Below are positions 15,710-25,006 of a DNA stretch of 28,567 nt, one piece after another. The notes under the pieces were generated by a model. The model was not told the origin of the DNA. It saw nothing but the letters and a program-made list of their open reading frames with translations, and searched no databases. Source of the DNA: a virus (taxonomy: Duplodnaviria > Caudoviricetes); the IMG/VR virus record IMGVR_UViG_3300018073_000020, positions 1-28,567 of that record. One strand, given 5' to 3'. A program made the translations under genes and the position numbers. The first letter of the stretch is position 1. Every line of letters begins with the position of its first letter.

Positions 15710-17242
15710 GTGCGCGTAAGATCCCGGCCCGTGGCGGCGACGTGGCGCGGCTGGCTGGGCGGCGTCGTTTCCGACCTTGCAGACACCGCACTCAACACCC
15801 TGGCCGGGTCACGCGGCATCCCCTCCGGTGACGGGTTCAGCGTCGGCGTCCCCTCCCACGTCGGGCCCGACGGGCTGCACGTGACCATGGGCCTGGACGG
15901 GCTGTACCAGTGGTACGGGCAGTACGGGACCGGCTGGCGCAACTCGGCAGTTGCCTACCGGTGCATCGTGGCCATCGCCACCAACGCGGCCACCTGCCCG
16001 CTGCACGTGCTCGATCAAGAATCGGGCGAGGCTATCCCGGATCGCGTGGCCGACCTGTGGAATCACGCCCCCAACGATTACATGGCCGCCCGGGTGCTGC
16101 GCGAGATCACCTGGCTGCGCCTGGAAACCCAGGGCCAGGCGTTCGTGTTCATGGACCGCGGCGCCACCGGTCAGGGTGAGGTGGACTCGCTACACGTGCT
16201 CGATTCGTCCTGGGGTGTGCAGCCCATCGTGGACAACACCCGCGAGGACGGGTTGTCGGTGCTGATCGGCTTCCGGCTCAACTCGATCAACGGCCGGTCC
16301 GGGGTGGTGCTCCCGGAGGAAATGCTGTGGCTGCGCTACCCCGATCCGGATGACATCTGGTCGTGCCTGTCGCCGCTGGACGCGGCGCGTCATGCGCTCG
16401 AACTGGACGACTACGCGCGGCGCTACCAGACATCGAGCCTGGCCCGCGGCGGCGCCCCGGGCGGCGTGGTCTACCTGGGCGATGTGGACGAGGAAACCCA
16501 CGCCAAGATCAAAGCGGATCTGCGGTCCCGGCACGAACGACCCGAGGACGCCGGGCGCCATCTGGTGCTGTCCGGGCCGAACGCGGCCAAATACGAACGG
16601 ATCACGCTGACCGCCGAAGAGGTGGCCTACCTGGACACCCGGCTCCGCAGCGCCGAAGAGGTCATGTTGGCCTACGGGGTGCCCCGGGACTACCTGATGG
16701 GCGGCACCACCTACGAAAACCGGGACGCCGCGCGCACCACCCTGTGGTCGGACACCATCGTGCCCAAGTTGCAGGTGGTCGCATCGGAGATCGACCTGAC
16801 CACGCAACCCGACCCGCGGTTCATGGCCGAGTTCGACGTCTCCGAGATCGAAGCGTTGCAGGAATCCAACGACGCGCAGGTGAGCAGGCTCAACGAACTG
16901 GTCGATCGGGACCTGTTGACCTTGGACGAGGCGCGCGAGGAGATCGGGCAGGAACCGCTACCGGACGGCATCGGGGCGGTGACGTTGTCGATCTACCGGG
17001 CGCGGGCTACGTCGATCGGCTCGCACCAACTCCCGGATATCCATGGGGACAACCCATTCGGTGATCAACCGAGTCCGTTCGGAGATCCCGCCGACGATCA
17101 GAACGATCCGTACCCCGGTGCGGATGGCGACCCAGACGACCCAGAGCAAGATCCTGCGCCGACGCGTGTAAACGGTCATGGACGCAATGATCACTCACGC
17201 AATGGTCACCCGGTGCCCGTTCCGACTGGAGGTAGGACGTGA
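15710..17242 (+). CDS. HK97-family portal protein (possible start GTG 15731)
   Basis: NSAVAYRCI..IA, PNDYM, G.AF, LSPL, GGAPGG, YGVP, LTLDEAREEIGQEPL. Confidence 0.92.
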   Translation: MRVRSRPVAATWRGWLGGVVSDLADTALNTLAGSRGIPSGDGFSVGVPSHVGPDGLHVTMGLDGLYQWYGQYGTGWRNSAVAYRCIVAIATNAATCPLHVLDQESGEAIPDRVADLWNHAPNDYMAARVLREITWLRLETQGQAFVFMDRGATGQGEVDSLHVLDSSWGVQPIVDNTREDGLSVLIGFRLNSINGRSGVVLPEEMLWLRYPDPDDIWSCLSPLDAARHALELDDYARRYQTSSLARGGAPGGVVYLGDVDEETHAKIKADLRSRHERPEDAGRHLVLSGPNAAKYERITLTAEEVAYLDTRLRSAEEVMLAYGVPRDYLMGGTTYENRDAARTTLWSDTIVPKLQVVASEIDLTTQPDPRFMAEFDVSEIEALQESNDAQVSRLNELVDRDLLTLDEAREEIGQEPLPDGIGAVTLSIYRARATSIGSHQLPDIHGDNPFGDQPSPFGDPADDQNDPYPGADGDPDDPEQDPAPTRVNGHGRNDHSRNGHPVPVPTGGRT

Positions 17243-17556
17243 TCGACCCGCAGCGCAACCAACGCCAGTTGTTGCACACGGCGCGCGGCACCATCCCGGC
17301 CCCGCCCGCGGGCGTGGTCGACGGGGTGGCGGTGCGGTTGCGCGGCGGCCCCTGCGACGGGCGCACCGGTGAGTACGTGGGCGCCTACCCGGAACGCCTG
17401 GAGATCAACCTGGGCACGTTCGGGGTGTGGACCTACCTCAAGACCGGCGAGTGGGCCGATATCGAGGACTTCCGGCCCGGCACCCTGGACAAGCGGGTGC
17501 GATCGGGGCGGATCTACGTGTGGAACGAGAGGGACCCCGATGGTAACCCGATCTGA
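17239..17556 (+). CDS. Hypothetical protein (105 aa, LxGGPxDG motif)
   Basis: GGAGG RBS and GTGA overlap with portal. Confidence 0.75.
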   Translation: MIDPQRNQRQLLHTARGTIPAPPAGVVDGVAVRLRGGPCDGRTGEYVGAYPERLEINLGTFGVWTYLKTGEWADIEDFRPGTLDKRVRSGRIYVWNERDPDGNPI

Positions 17557-18187
17557 TCATGTAGATCCGGCGTACGCGCTCGGCGACGAACAGCGTCCGA
17601 CCACCGTCCGCACGGTGGCGCTGGCCGACCTGGAGTTGCGCGACGACGTACCCGAGGGCGAACCGCACTTCCGCGGTTGGGCCTGCCGGGCCGATGTGCG
17701 CGACGCCTACGGCACCACCTTTCAGGCGGGCGCCTGGGCCGCGGGCGGGCTGGACGCGCAGCCGTACGCGCTGTGTTGGATGCACGACCCGTGGGTCCCG
17801 GTGGGTGCGTTCACCGCGGCCGACCGCAGCGACGGGCTGTGGATCGAGGGCCGCTGGGACCAGACCCGTGACGGCCGGGACGCCCGGACCAAGGCGCGCA
17901 CGAGTGCCCCGGGGCTGTCCGTCGGCTTCCGGAGCGTGATCTTCGACGAGGAGGATCCGGAACTGATCATCGCCGCGCAGTTGGTCGAGGTCTCCCAGAT
18001 CACCGCGCGGATGGCGGCCGTGCCCGGCGCCAAGTTCGAAGAGGCGCGCAGCGCCCCGACCGATCGAGAGGATCAACGCCGAGAGGATCAACAGACCCCG
18101 GCGGGTTGGCCTGCGTCCCGCCGGTCCTTACTCGTGGCCCGTGCACGCCTGCGGACCACTCAGTTGATCACACCAGGAAGGATCTGA
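17540..18187 (+). CDS. HK97-type prohead protease
   Basis: FRGWA...DAYG..F..GA, WMHD..PVG, GLWIEG, GLSVGF, LVEVS; ATG 17540 after GAGAGGGA. Confidence 0.9.
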   Translation: MVTRSDHVDPAYALGDEQRPTTVRTVALADLELRDDVPEGEPHFRGWACRADVRDAYGTTFQAGAWAAGGLDAQPYALCWMHDPWVPVGAFTAADRSDGLWIEGRWDQTRDGRDARTKARTSAPGLSVGFRSVIFDEEDPELIIAAQLVEVSQITARMAAVPGAKFEEARSAPTDREDQRREDQQTPAGWPASRRSLLVARARLRTTQLITPGRI

Positions 18188-18189
18188 TC

Positions 18190-19539
18190 ATGCTCCCCGA
18201 CGATGGGTTCACCGCCGAGCAGATTGCGCGGGCGCGGGCCCGTGCGTTCGGAGCCGAGCACACCCGCGACCGCACCGGTACCGCGGTCGACTACACCCAG
18301 TTCACCGACGCCGAGCTACGCGCGGCCCGTGATGAGGCGATCGCCGCGCTCGACGCCGAGGACGCGGGTGAGGACCAGGCGCGGGCGGCTGACGAGATCG
18401 CCGCCGAGATCGAGCGCCGCAACACCATCACCGAAGCCACCAACGCGCGACGTCAGCGGCTGGCCGCGGTCGAGGTGGCCGAACGGTGGCGACCCGAAAG
18501 CGGCAACGGGCGCCCCGACCCCGGACCCCGGGAACGCGGCCAGCGTGGACCGGGTGAAGATGGGCCGCCCCGCGGTGGCGACGGGGCCAGCCTGGTCCCC
18601 GACAACTGGCGCCAGATGGTCGCCGAGGGCGGGGCGGCCTACATGGCGCGCGGCGCGCACGGCACCGCGGAAATCCTGAACCTGCCCCGGGCCACCGACC
18701 TGCGCACGCTGGTCACCACGGCCACGTACCCGTCTCAGCCACAGCGGGTGCCCGGCGTGCTGCACGCGCCCACCCCGCAACTGCGGGTGGCCGACCTACT
18801 CGATCAGCAAACCGCCACGTCGGGCGTGATCGAATGGGTGATCGAGACCGCTAGCCCGGTCACGGCCAACACCGCGATCGAAGTGGCGGAAGGCACCGCC
18901 AAGCCGGAAGGCGCGTTTACCTTCACCGTGGCGTCCAAGGCGCTGGCCACCATCGCCGTGTGGGTGCCGATCACCCGGCAGGCGGCCGAGGATGAGGCCC
19001 AGCTCACCGGCTACATCCAAGGGCGGCTGTCCTACTCGTGTGAGAAGCGGCTGGACTCGCAGCTCCTGAACGGTGATGGCACCGCGCCGAACATCCGCGG
19101 CATTCTCAACACCGCCGGTGTGCAGACCCAGAGCATGGCGACCGACTCGAAGTTGGTCAGCATCCGCAAGATGATCACCAAGGTGCAGGTGGCCGGGTAC
19201 GACGCGTCCGGGATCGTGCTCAACCCGGTGGACTGGGAAGACGTCGAGCTGTCTACCGACGACAACGGCGCGTGGATCTTCACCAACGACCCGTCCAGCC
19301 TGGTCGGGCCGCGGGTGTGGGGGCTGCCGGTGGTGCCGACGGTGGCCATCGCCGCGGGCACCATGCTGGTCGGCGCGTTCCGCGAGGCGGCCACCCTGTG
19401 GCGCAAGGCCGGGGTGCGGATCCTGATGTCCGACTCGCATACCGACAATTTCGTCAAGAACATCTTGGTGATCCTCGCCGAGATGCGGGCCCAGCTCGCG
19501 GTGTACGCACCCCCGGCGTTCGTGAAGTCGGTTGTCTGA
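18190..19539 (+). CDS. Major capsid protein (HK97 fold, N-terminal delta-like extension)
   Basis: VAEGTAKPE, LNGDGTAPNIRGIL, VLNPVDW, VWGLPVV, FVKNILVILAEMR..PPAFV. Confidence 0.95.
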   Translation: MLPDDGFTAEQIARARARAFGAEHTRDRTGTAVDYTQFTDAELRAARDEAIAALDAEDAGEDQARAADEIAAEIERRNTITEATNARRQRLAAVEVAERWRPESGNGRPDPGPRERGQRGPGEDGPPRGGDGASLVPDNWRQMVAEGGAAYMARGAHGTAEILNLPRATDLRTLVTTATYPSQPQRVPGVLHAPTPQLRVADLLDQQTATSGVIEWVIETASPVTANTAIEVAEGTAKPEGAFTFTVASKALATIAVWVPITRQAAEDEAQLTGYIQGRLSYSCEKRLDSQLLNGDGTAPNIRGILNTAGVQTQSMATDSKLVSIRKMITKVQVAGYDASGIVLNPVDWEDVELSTDDNGAWIFTNDPSSLVGPRVWGLPVVPTVAIAAGTMLVGAFREAATLWRKAGVRILMSDSHTDNFVKNILVILAEMRAQLAVYAPPAFVKSVV

Positions 19540-19599
19540 CGGGTGCCGCGCACGACGACGTACCGGCGGGGCGGTCGAGCTTCGCACCGGAGGATTCCG

Positions 19600-19875
19600 A
19601 TGACCAGACCGGACACCTGTCCGTGTTGCCTGGCGCCGATCCCGCCCCGCCGGTACGCCGGTCCGGAGGATGTGCAAGAGCGACCGGACCGTGTAAACAC
19701 TCCGGGGACGACCGATACCCCGGGGGGAGGCGAGCATGACGACCCCCGACCCGGACACGCCGATCGGCTACGCGAGCATCACGCAGGCCAAGGCTGCGGG
19801 TGCCGCGGGCACCGACACCGAGATAGCGGCGGCCCTGGAGAGCGCACAGATCACCATCGATCGCTACTGCCGTGA
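19600..19875 (+). CDS. Possible small protein (CPCC)
   Basis: GGAGG RBS before ATG 19600, but 140-nt overlap with the next gene. Confidence 0.4.
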   Translation: MTRPDTCPCCLAPIPPRRYAGPEDVQERPDRVNTPGTTDTPGGGEHDDPRPGHADRLREHHAGQGCGCRGHRHRDSGGPGERTDHHRSLLP

Positions 19876-20323
19876 TCATTTCAAGCCGGACGATCTGAGC
19901 TTTCGGGTGCCGGTCGACGAGTGGGGGACCGGCTACCTGCCGGTGATCGCCTACGCGACCGACGTCGGGGTGCTGGGCTACGACGGGCGCACCTGGAGCA
20001 CCGACACGTTCCCGCCGTTCGGCGGCTACTACTCGGGAACCGAGTTCGACGTTGCGGGTGACTACGGGTGGCGCACCACCCCGGCCCCGGTGATCGATGC
20101 GGCCGCCCGGCTGGCCGCGCTCTACAGCCCCGGCCAGTTCGACGGGCAGGCCGATGCCGAGGGCAACCCGATCGGCATGCCACCCGCCCCGACCCTGCAA
20201 GATCAATCCGACCCGGGGCCGCCCACCCAGCGCCAGGGCTCACCGGCGACCGAGCGCACCACCGGGGATCCGATTGTGGATGCCTGGCTTGAGCCGTACA
20301 AAACCAACCGGGTAATGATCTAG
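19736..20323 (+). CDS. Head-to-tail adaptor
   Basis: YASI...ALESAQITIDRYCRDHF, YGW..TPAPVIDAA, VDAWLEPYK; position after capsid. Confidence 0.8.
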   Translation: MTTPDPDTPIGYASITQAKAAGAAGTDTEIAAALESAQITIDRYCRDHFKPDDLSFRVPVDEWGTGYLPVIAYATDVGVLGYDGRTWSTDTFPPFGGYYSGTEFDVAGDYGWRTTPAPVIDAAARLAALYSPGQFDGQADAEGNPIGMPPAPTLQDQSDPGPPTQRQGSPATERTTGDPIVDAWLEPYKTNRVMI

Positions 20324-20332
20324 GAGAGGGCG

Positions 20333-20536
20333 ATGGCTACCAAGGACGCCAAGAGCAGCGGCACGGGCGCGAGCACGGAACAGGACGCCGAGCGGGCGAG
20401 GAGCACGCAGATCGACACCGGCGGCGGCGATATCAACCTGTCGGTCGGCGCCACCACGCTCAACACCGACGAGATGAACAAGGAACCCGACGTCGACTGG
20501 ACGTTGTGGACCAAGCGCGGCCCGGCCGAAAGTTGA
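20333..20536 (+). CDS. Hypothetical protein (67 aa)
   Basis: AGGAGAGG RBS; fills the gap. Confidence 0.7.
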   Translation: MATKDAKSSGTGASTEQDAERARSTQIDTGGGDINLSVGATTLNTDEMNKEPDVDWTLWTKRGPAES

Positions 20537-20543
20537 TCTCGCC

Positions 20544-20900
20544 ATGCCCGCATCGGTGACCTGGGAGAATGAGCGCCAGTGGCGGGACGCCATCGTGCGC
20601 GCGCTCGACGACTGGGATACCGGCCTGCGGGCCAACCTCGATCATCTCCTGGAGATGGCGGCCGAGGAGGCGCGCAAGCGGTGCCCGGTCGACACCGGGC
20701 GCTTGCGGCGTGGCATCGAGACCGACATCGACACCGGTGGGGCACATTCGGACGTGACCGGGGTCCTGTTCGACGATGTGCCCTATGCACCGTTCGTGGA
20801 GTTCGGTACGCGCTACATGCGCGCACAGCCGTTCCTGCGGCCCGGGATGGCCATGGCCCAGGCCCGCTACGAACGCGAGATGATCAAGGGGTTGCGGTAG
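20544..20900 (+). CDS. HK97 gp10-like tail/neck protein
   Basis: CPVDTGRLRRGI, YAPFVEFGTRYMRAQPFLRP. Confidence 0.9.
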   Translation: MPASVTWENERQWRDAIVRALDDWDTGLRANLDHLLEMAAEEARKRCPVDTGRLRRGIETDIDTGGAHSDVTGVLFDDVPYAPFVEFGTRYMRAQPFLRPGMAMAQARYEREMIKGLR

Positions 20901-20902
20901 CC

Positions 20903-21340
20903 GTGGGCACTCCCGTGGTCACCAACGCCACCGTGAGCGGGGCGCTCAAATACGTGATCGAGTCGGCCGGGCTGGGCGTGACCGTGTTCCGGGATCTCGC
21001 CCCACCCAAGGCCCCGCTCCCGCTGGTCGTGATCACCGAAGGGGTGGCCTGGACGGTGGTCCCGTCCGGTGACACCGACGCCGAGGGCGAGCTACGCATC
21101 CGCGAACAGGCCCAGGTGGACATCTACCAGGCGCTGCGCGCGGCCGACGGATCCCGCGTCGAGGAAATCGGGCTCGAAGATCACATCTGTTGGCTGATGC
21201 ACCGCACCAAACTGCCCTCATGGTTGATCGTCTGCTACGGGGTGCAGATCCTGACCCGCTCGGCGCAAGCCAGCGACAACCTACGACGCACCATCGTGAC
21301 GGTGCAGATAGATCGAGTGCTGGCAAACCCAGCGCCGTGA
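20903..21340 (+). CDS. Tail terminator-like protein
   Basis: VFRDLAPPKAPLPLVVI...QVDIY; between the gp10-like gene and major tail; GTG 20903. Confidence 0.7.
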   Translation: MGTPVVTNATVSGALKYVIESAGLGVTVFRDLAPPKAPLPLVVITEGVAWTVVPSGDTDAEGELRIREQAQVDIYQALRAADGSRVEEIGLEDHICWLMHRTKLPSWLIVCYGVQILTRSAQASDNLRRTIVTVQIDRVLANPAP

Positions 21341-21350
21341 GGAGGAATCG

Positions 21351-21962
21351 ATGACCACCCCGACCCCGGTTGCCGATCAAGGCATTACCAAGGTCTACGC
21401 CGTGCAGCACTGCCAGATAGCCACCGTGCTCACCGATGCGGTAGGTGCACTGGCCACCTACGGCGAATGGTTCGACGTCCCGGGGATCAAGAGCCTGGCC
21501 CTGTCCGGGGACATGGATACCAAGCAACTGCGCGGGGACAACCGGCTGATCGACCAGCAATCGATCATCACCGGGCTGACGGCGGCCATCGAGAACGCCA
21601 AGCTGTCGCTCATGAACCTGGCCATCATGCTCGGCGGCACCGTGAGCGATCGCACGGCCAGCGCGACGGTGCCCTACACCGGTCAGGGCTGGTCGCTGCT
21701 CTCGGATGCGTTCCCGAAGTCGTTCGGGTTGCGCGCGGTGTCCGCGGCGGCCGACGCCCCCGGCGGCGCAGTGGCGTTCGTGCTGAGCAAGTGCTCACTA
21801 TCTTCCTTCCCGGAGATCGGCGCGGCCGAGGAGGACTACCAGACGGTGTCAGCGGAGATGAACGTCAACCCGCCCACCGGGACCTCCCCGTGGGTGGACG
21901 TCGTGATCATCGATGCCTACGACGCGCCCGACCCGTGGGAGCCGGAAGACCCGTTCGCCTGA
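21351..21962 (+). CDS. Major tail protein
   Basis: GAGGAGG RBS; VPGIKSL...LRGDN; position before tail chaperones. Confidence 0.8.
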   Translation: MTTPTPVADQGITKVYAVQHCQIATVLTDAVGALATYGEWFDVPGIKSLALSGDMDTKQLRGDNRLIDQQSIITGLTAAIENAKLSLMNLAIMLGGTVSDRTASATVPYTGQGWSLLSDAFPKSFGLRAVSAAADAPGGAVAFVLSKCSLSSFPEIGAAEEDYQTVSAEMNVNPPTGTSPWVDVVIIDAYDAPDPWEPEDPFA

Positions 21963-22095
21963 GCTGATTGATCACAGACCCTTCCCGATGGCACCCATGA
22001 AGGTGCGGCCACCGTGGCGGTCCGCTCCCTTCACCGTGTAAACGGCCGCCGCACCCCGACGCGCCGGATGCACTGATCATGAGAGGACGTGCCGT

Positions 22096-22578
22096 ATGCC
22101 CGGCACCGGTAACGGATCCGGCCAGTGGGTCGCGATCGGCGACGACAAACACGAGTTGATCTATTCGATGCTCTCCCTGGAGAAGATCGAAACGCAGTTC
22201 GGTTCGGTCACCGAGATGCAAGCGATGATCACCGATGAGGAGGGTCAGGTCACCCTCGATCGCCCGGTGGTCAAACTCTTGATCGACATTATCCATGCCG
22301 GTCTACTGCACGTGTTCGACGACAACCCCGCGGGGCGCAAGGCCATCGCCACCGGCATCCGACCGGCCGACCTGGACACCATCACGACCGCGTTCACGCT
22401 GGCGTTCACCGACGCGTTCGGGGAGCTGGGGCAACAGGCCATGGCGGGGGAACTGACGGGACCGGTGACATCGAGCCAGCCGAACCGGGCGGCGCGCCGG
22501 TCCGCATCCCGTTCGCCCGGTGGTACTACATCGCACTCGTCATCCTCCAAAGATCACAAAAAGAGTGGGAAGAAATGA
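22096..22578 (+). CDS. Tail assembly chaperone (short form)
   Basis: Between major tail and tape measure; contains a slippery site. Confidence 0.85.
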   Translation: MPGTGNGSGQWVAIGDDKHELIYSMLSLEKIETQFGSVTEMQAMITDEEGQVTLDRPVVKLLIDIIHAGLLHVFDDNPAGRKAIATGIRPADLDTITTAFTLAFTDAFGELGQQAMAGELTGPVTSSQPNRAARRSASRSPGGTTSHSSSSKDHKKSGKK

Positions 22579-22763
22579 CCCCGCGCCAGTTGCGCGGGCT
22601 GGCCGAGCTGCACCGCGAGGCGAGCGGCGACCCGGGCCCCCAGGGTCAAGAGCCGGTAAAGCGTCCGGCGGCCCGTGGAAGCGGCGGGGCCGGGTGGCTC
22701 ATGGCGGTGTCCAACTCCCTGGAACGCAACCGCCCCCGACGCCGTGTAAACGCTCCGGGGTGA
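22096..22763 (+). CDS. Tail assembly chaperone long form via -1 frameshift at GGGGGAA (22446-22452)
   Basis: The -1 frame is open from the slippery site to TGA 22763: GTDGTGDIEPAEPGGAPVRIPFARWYYIALVILQRSQKEWEEMTPRQL... Confidence 0.85.
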
Positions 22764-22768
22764 TCTGA

Positions 22769-24826
22769 GTGGCGCTGCTCCCCGATCTGGTCGGCCGCAT
22801 CCGACTGGACATGTCCGAGTTGGACCGTGCCCAGGGTGAGGCCCGTTCGCGCGGCGCCATGATCGGCACGGCGCTGGGCACCGCAGTGGGCAGCCTGGCC
22901 GGGGGGCTACTGGCCGCCGCGGGAGAGAAAGTCCTCCAGTTCGTCTCCGGGTCGGTGGACGCGTTCGCCAAGCTCGAAGACGCCATGTCGGTTACCAACG
23001 TCAAGTTCGGTGAGGCGGCCGGGTCGGTCGAGAACTTCGCGAGCCGGGCATCTACCTCGTTCGGCATGAGCAAGCGTGAGGCCCTGGAGGCGGCCAACAC
23101 CTTCGGCACCTTCGGCAAGGCGGTGGGGCTGACCGGTCAGCCACTGGCCGACTTCTCCACCCAGATGACCGGGCTGGCCGGGGACATGGCCTCATTCGCC
23201 GGGACCACCCCGGACGAGGCGATCACCGCGCTGGGAGCGGCGTTCCGTGGAGAGTATGACCCGATCGAGCGGTTCGGCGTACTGATCAATAAGGAGATGG
23301 TCAACCAAAAGGCTCTCCAGATGGGCCTAGCCGCGACCAGCGCCGAGATCACCAAAGGTGATGAGATCATCGCCACCCGCGCGCTGATCATGGAGCAGAC
23401 CGGGCAGGCGCAAGGCGACTTCGCGCGCACGTCCGACTCTGTGGCCAACTCGCAGAAACGGGTGGCGGCCGAGACGGAGAACGCCCAAGCCGCGCTCGGC
23501 GAGAAGCTGGCGCCCGCGTACCTGGTCGTGCTGAACGCGCTCAACCAAGTGATCAACGGGATCACCGGGTTCATCGGCGTCATCGGCAACGTGATCACGT
23601 GGGTGGGCCAGTACAAAGAGGTCCTGATCGCTCTCGGCGTGGCACTGCTGGCCGCGACCGCCCGAACGATCGCGTTCAATGCGGCCGTGGCCGCCCAACT
23701 GGCCTGGATGGCCATCGTCAACGTGCTGAACGCGATGCGGGCCGCGTGGTGGGCGCTGAACGCGGCCATGGCGGCCAACCCGATCGGTCTGGTCATCACG
23801 GTCATCGCGGCCCTGGCGGCCGGGCTGATCTACGCCTACAACCACTCCGAGAGCTTCCGCAACGCGGTTGATCATCTGTTCGCCCTACTGAAAGAGTTTT
23901 TCGCCTGGTGCGGCCCGGCCATCGAGCAATGGGCGACCAAGGTCGGTACCTCGTTCGGCCAGGCCGTGACCGACGTGACCAACTTCGGCACCGCAGTGGG
24001 CAACTGGGGCGCCAAGATGAAGTCCTCTTTCGTCCAGGCGTACCAGGACGTCGAGGGCTTCGGCGCGCACGTGAACAAGTCGCTGAGCGACACCGGAAAC
24101 GATCTTTCCCGGTTCGGCGACAAGGTCAACGAACTGCCGCCCAAGGTGGCCGCCGCGCTGTCCCGGTTCGCGCAGATGCTGTGGGACTCGCTGGTCACCG
24201 GGTGGAACCGGGCCCGCGATGAGTCCGTGCGGGTGATCGGCGTGATCATCACCGATGCCCAGGCGCTCCCCGGGAAGATCATCGGTGCATTGCAGGCCCT
24301 GCCCGGCCAGATGATCAACATGGGCCGGGACATCATGAACGGCCTACTGAACGGGCTACAGCAACTCGGCCCCTCGATCGTGAGCTACCTGACCAACCTC
24401 ATCCCGGAACCGGTGCGCCGAGCGCTCAACATCCACTCCCCGTCGGGGATCATGAAGGACATCGGTGTGGACGTCATGCGCGGGTTGGACGCCGGACTCC
24501 AGAGCTGGATCCCGAAGATCCAACAGACGCTGAGCAGCGTGATGGACATGATCAAGGCGACCGGCCAGGCGTCCGGGTCGCTCAACATCGCCGGGCAGAA
24601 CATCGGCTATCAGGTGGCCAAGACTGATCAAGGCATCTCCGGAAGCGCCACCATCGGCGGCCAACAGGTATCCGGCTCGATCAACCGCAGCGGCCAGGCC
24701 AGCGCCACCATCGGCGGGCACACCTACAACATCGATGCGCGATCGTTCGGTACCCAACTCAAGCCCCAGGACGTCTCGGATGCGATCAAGTGGGCATCCA
24801 AGATCGGCGGACTGGTGTCCGCCTAG
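22769..24826 (+). CDS. Tape measure protein (685 aa)
   Basis: Longest ORF; Ala/Gly-rich; AAMAANPIGLVI, YNHSESFRNAV, LNIHSPS motifs. Confidence 0.93.
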   Translation: MALLPDLVGRIRLDMSELDRAQGEARSRGAMIGTALGTAVGSLAGGLLAAAGEKVLQFVSGSVDAFAKLEDAMSVTNVKFGEAAGSVENFASRASTSFGMSKREALEAANTFGTFGKAVGLTGQPLADFSTQMTGLAGDMASFAGTTPDEAITALGAAFRGEYDPIERFGVLINKEMVNQKALQMGLAATSAEITKGDEIIATRALIMEQTGQAQGDFARTSDSVANSQKRVAAETENAQAALGEKLAPAYLVVLNALNQVINGITGFIGVIGNVITWVGQYKEVLIALGVALLAATARTIAFNAAVAAQLAWMAIVNVLNAMRAAWWALNAAMAANPIGLVITVIAALAAGLIYAYNHSESFRNAVDHLFALLKEFFAWCGPAIEQWATKVGTSFGQAVTDVTNFGTAVGNWGAKMKSSFVQAYQDVEGFGAHVNKSLSDTGNDLSRFGDKVNELPPKVAAALSRFAQMLWDSLVTGWNRARDESVRVIGVIITDAQALPGKIIGALQALPGQMINMGRDIMNGLLNGLQQLGPSIVSYLTNLIPEPVRRALNIHSPSGIMKDIGVDVMRGLDAGLQSWIPKIQQTLSSVMDMIKATGQASGSLNIAGQNIGYQVAKTDQGISGSATIGGQQVSGSINRSGQASATIGGHTYNIDARSFGTQLKPQDVSDAIKWASKIGGLVSA

Positions 24827-24835
24827 GAGGAGAAC

Positions 24836-25006
24836 ATGAACCCGCTTCACATCGTGCTGTTGATCCTGGCGTTCCTGTTGGCGGCCGGGGCCGCGTTCGT
24901 GGCGTCCCGCCCGCACCCGGTGGCAACCTACGGGCTGGTACTGCTGGCGGCCGGGATCGCCGTGTGGTTCCTTGATCTGGTGCTGGTCGCCGCGCGGGTG
25001 TACTAG
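24836..25006 (+). CDS. Small two-TM membrane protein (56 aa)
   Basis: AGGAGG RBS; MNPLHIVLLILAFLLAAGAAFVASRPHPVATYGLVLLAAGIAVWFLDLVLVAARVY, hand-translated. Confidence 0.75.
   Translation: MNPLHIVLLILAFLLAAGAAFVASRPHPVATYGLVLLAAGIAVWFLDLVLVAARVY

Noticed and set aside
24644-24717. 17-bp direct repeat AGCGCCACCATCGGCGG in the tape measure 3' end
   Set aside because: Explained by an in-frame SATIGG peptide repeat; no adenine-specific variation or reverse transcriptase to suggest a diversity-generating retroelement.
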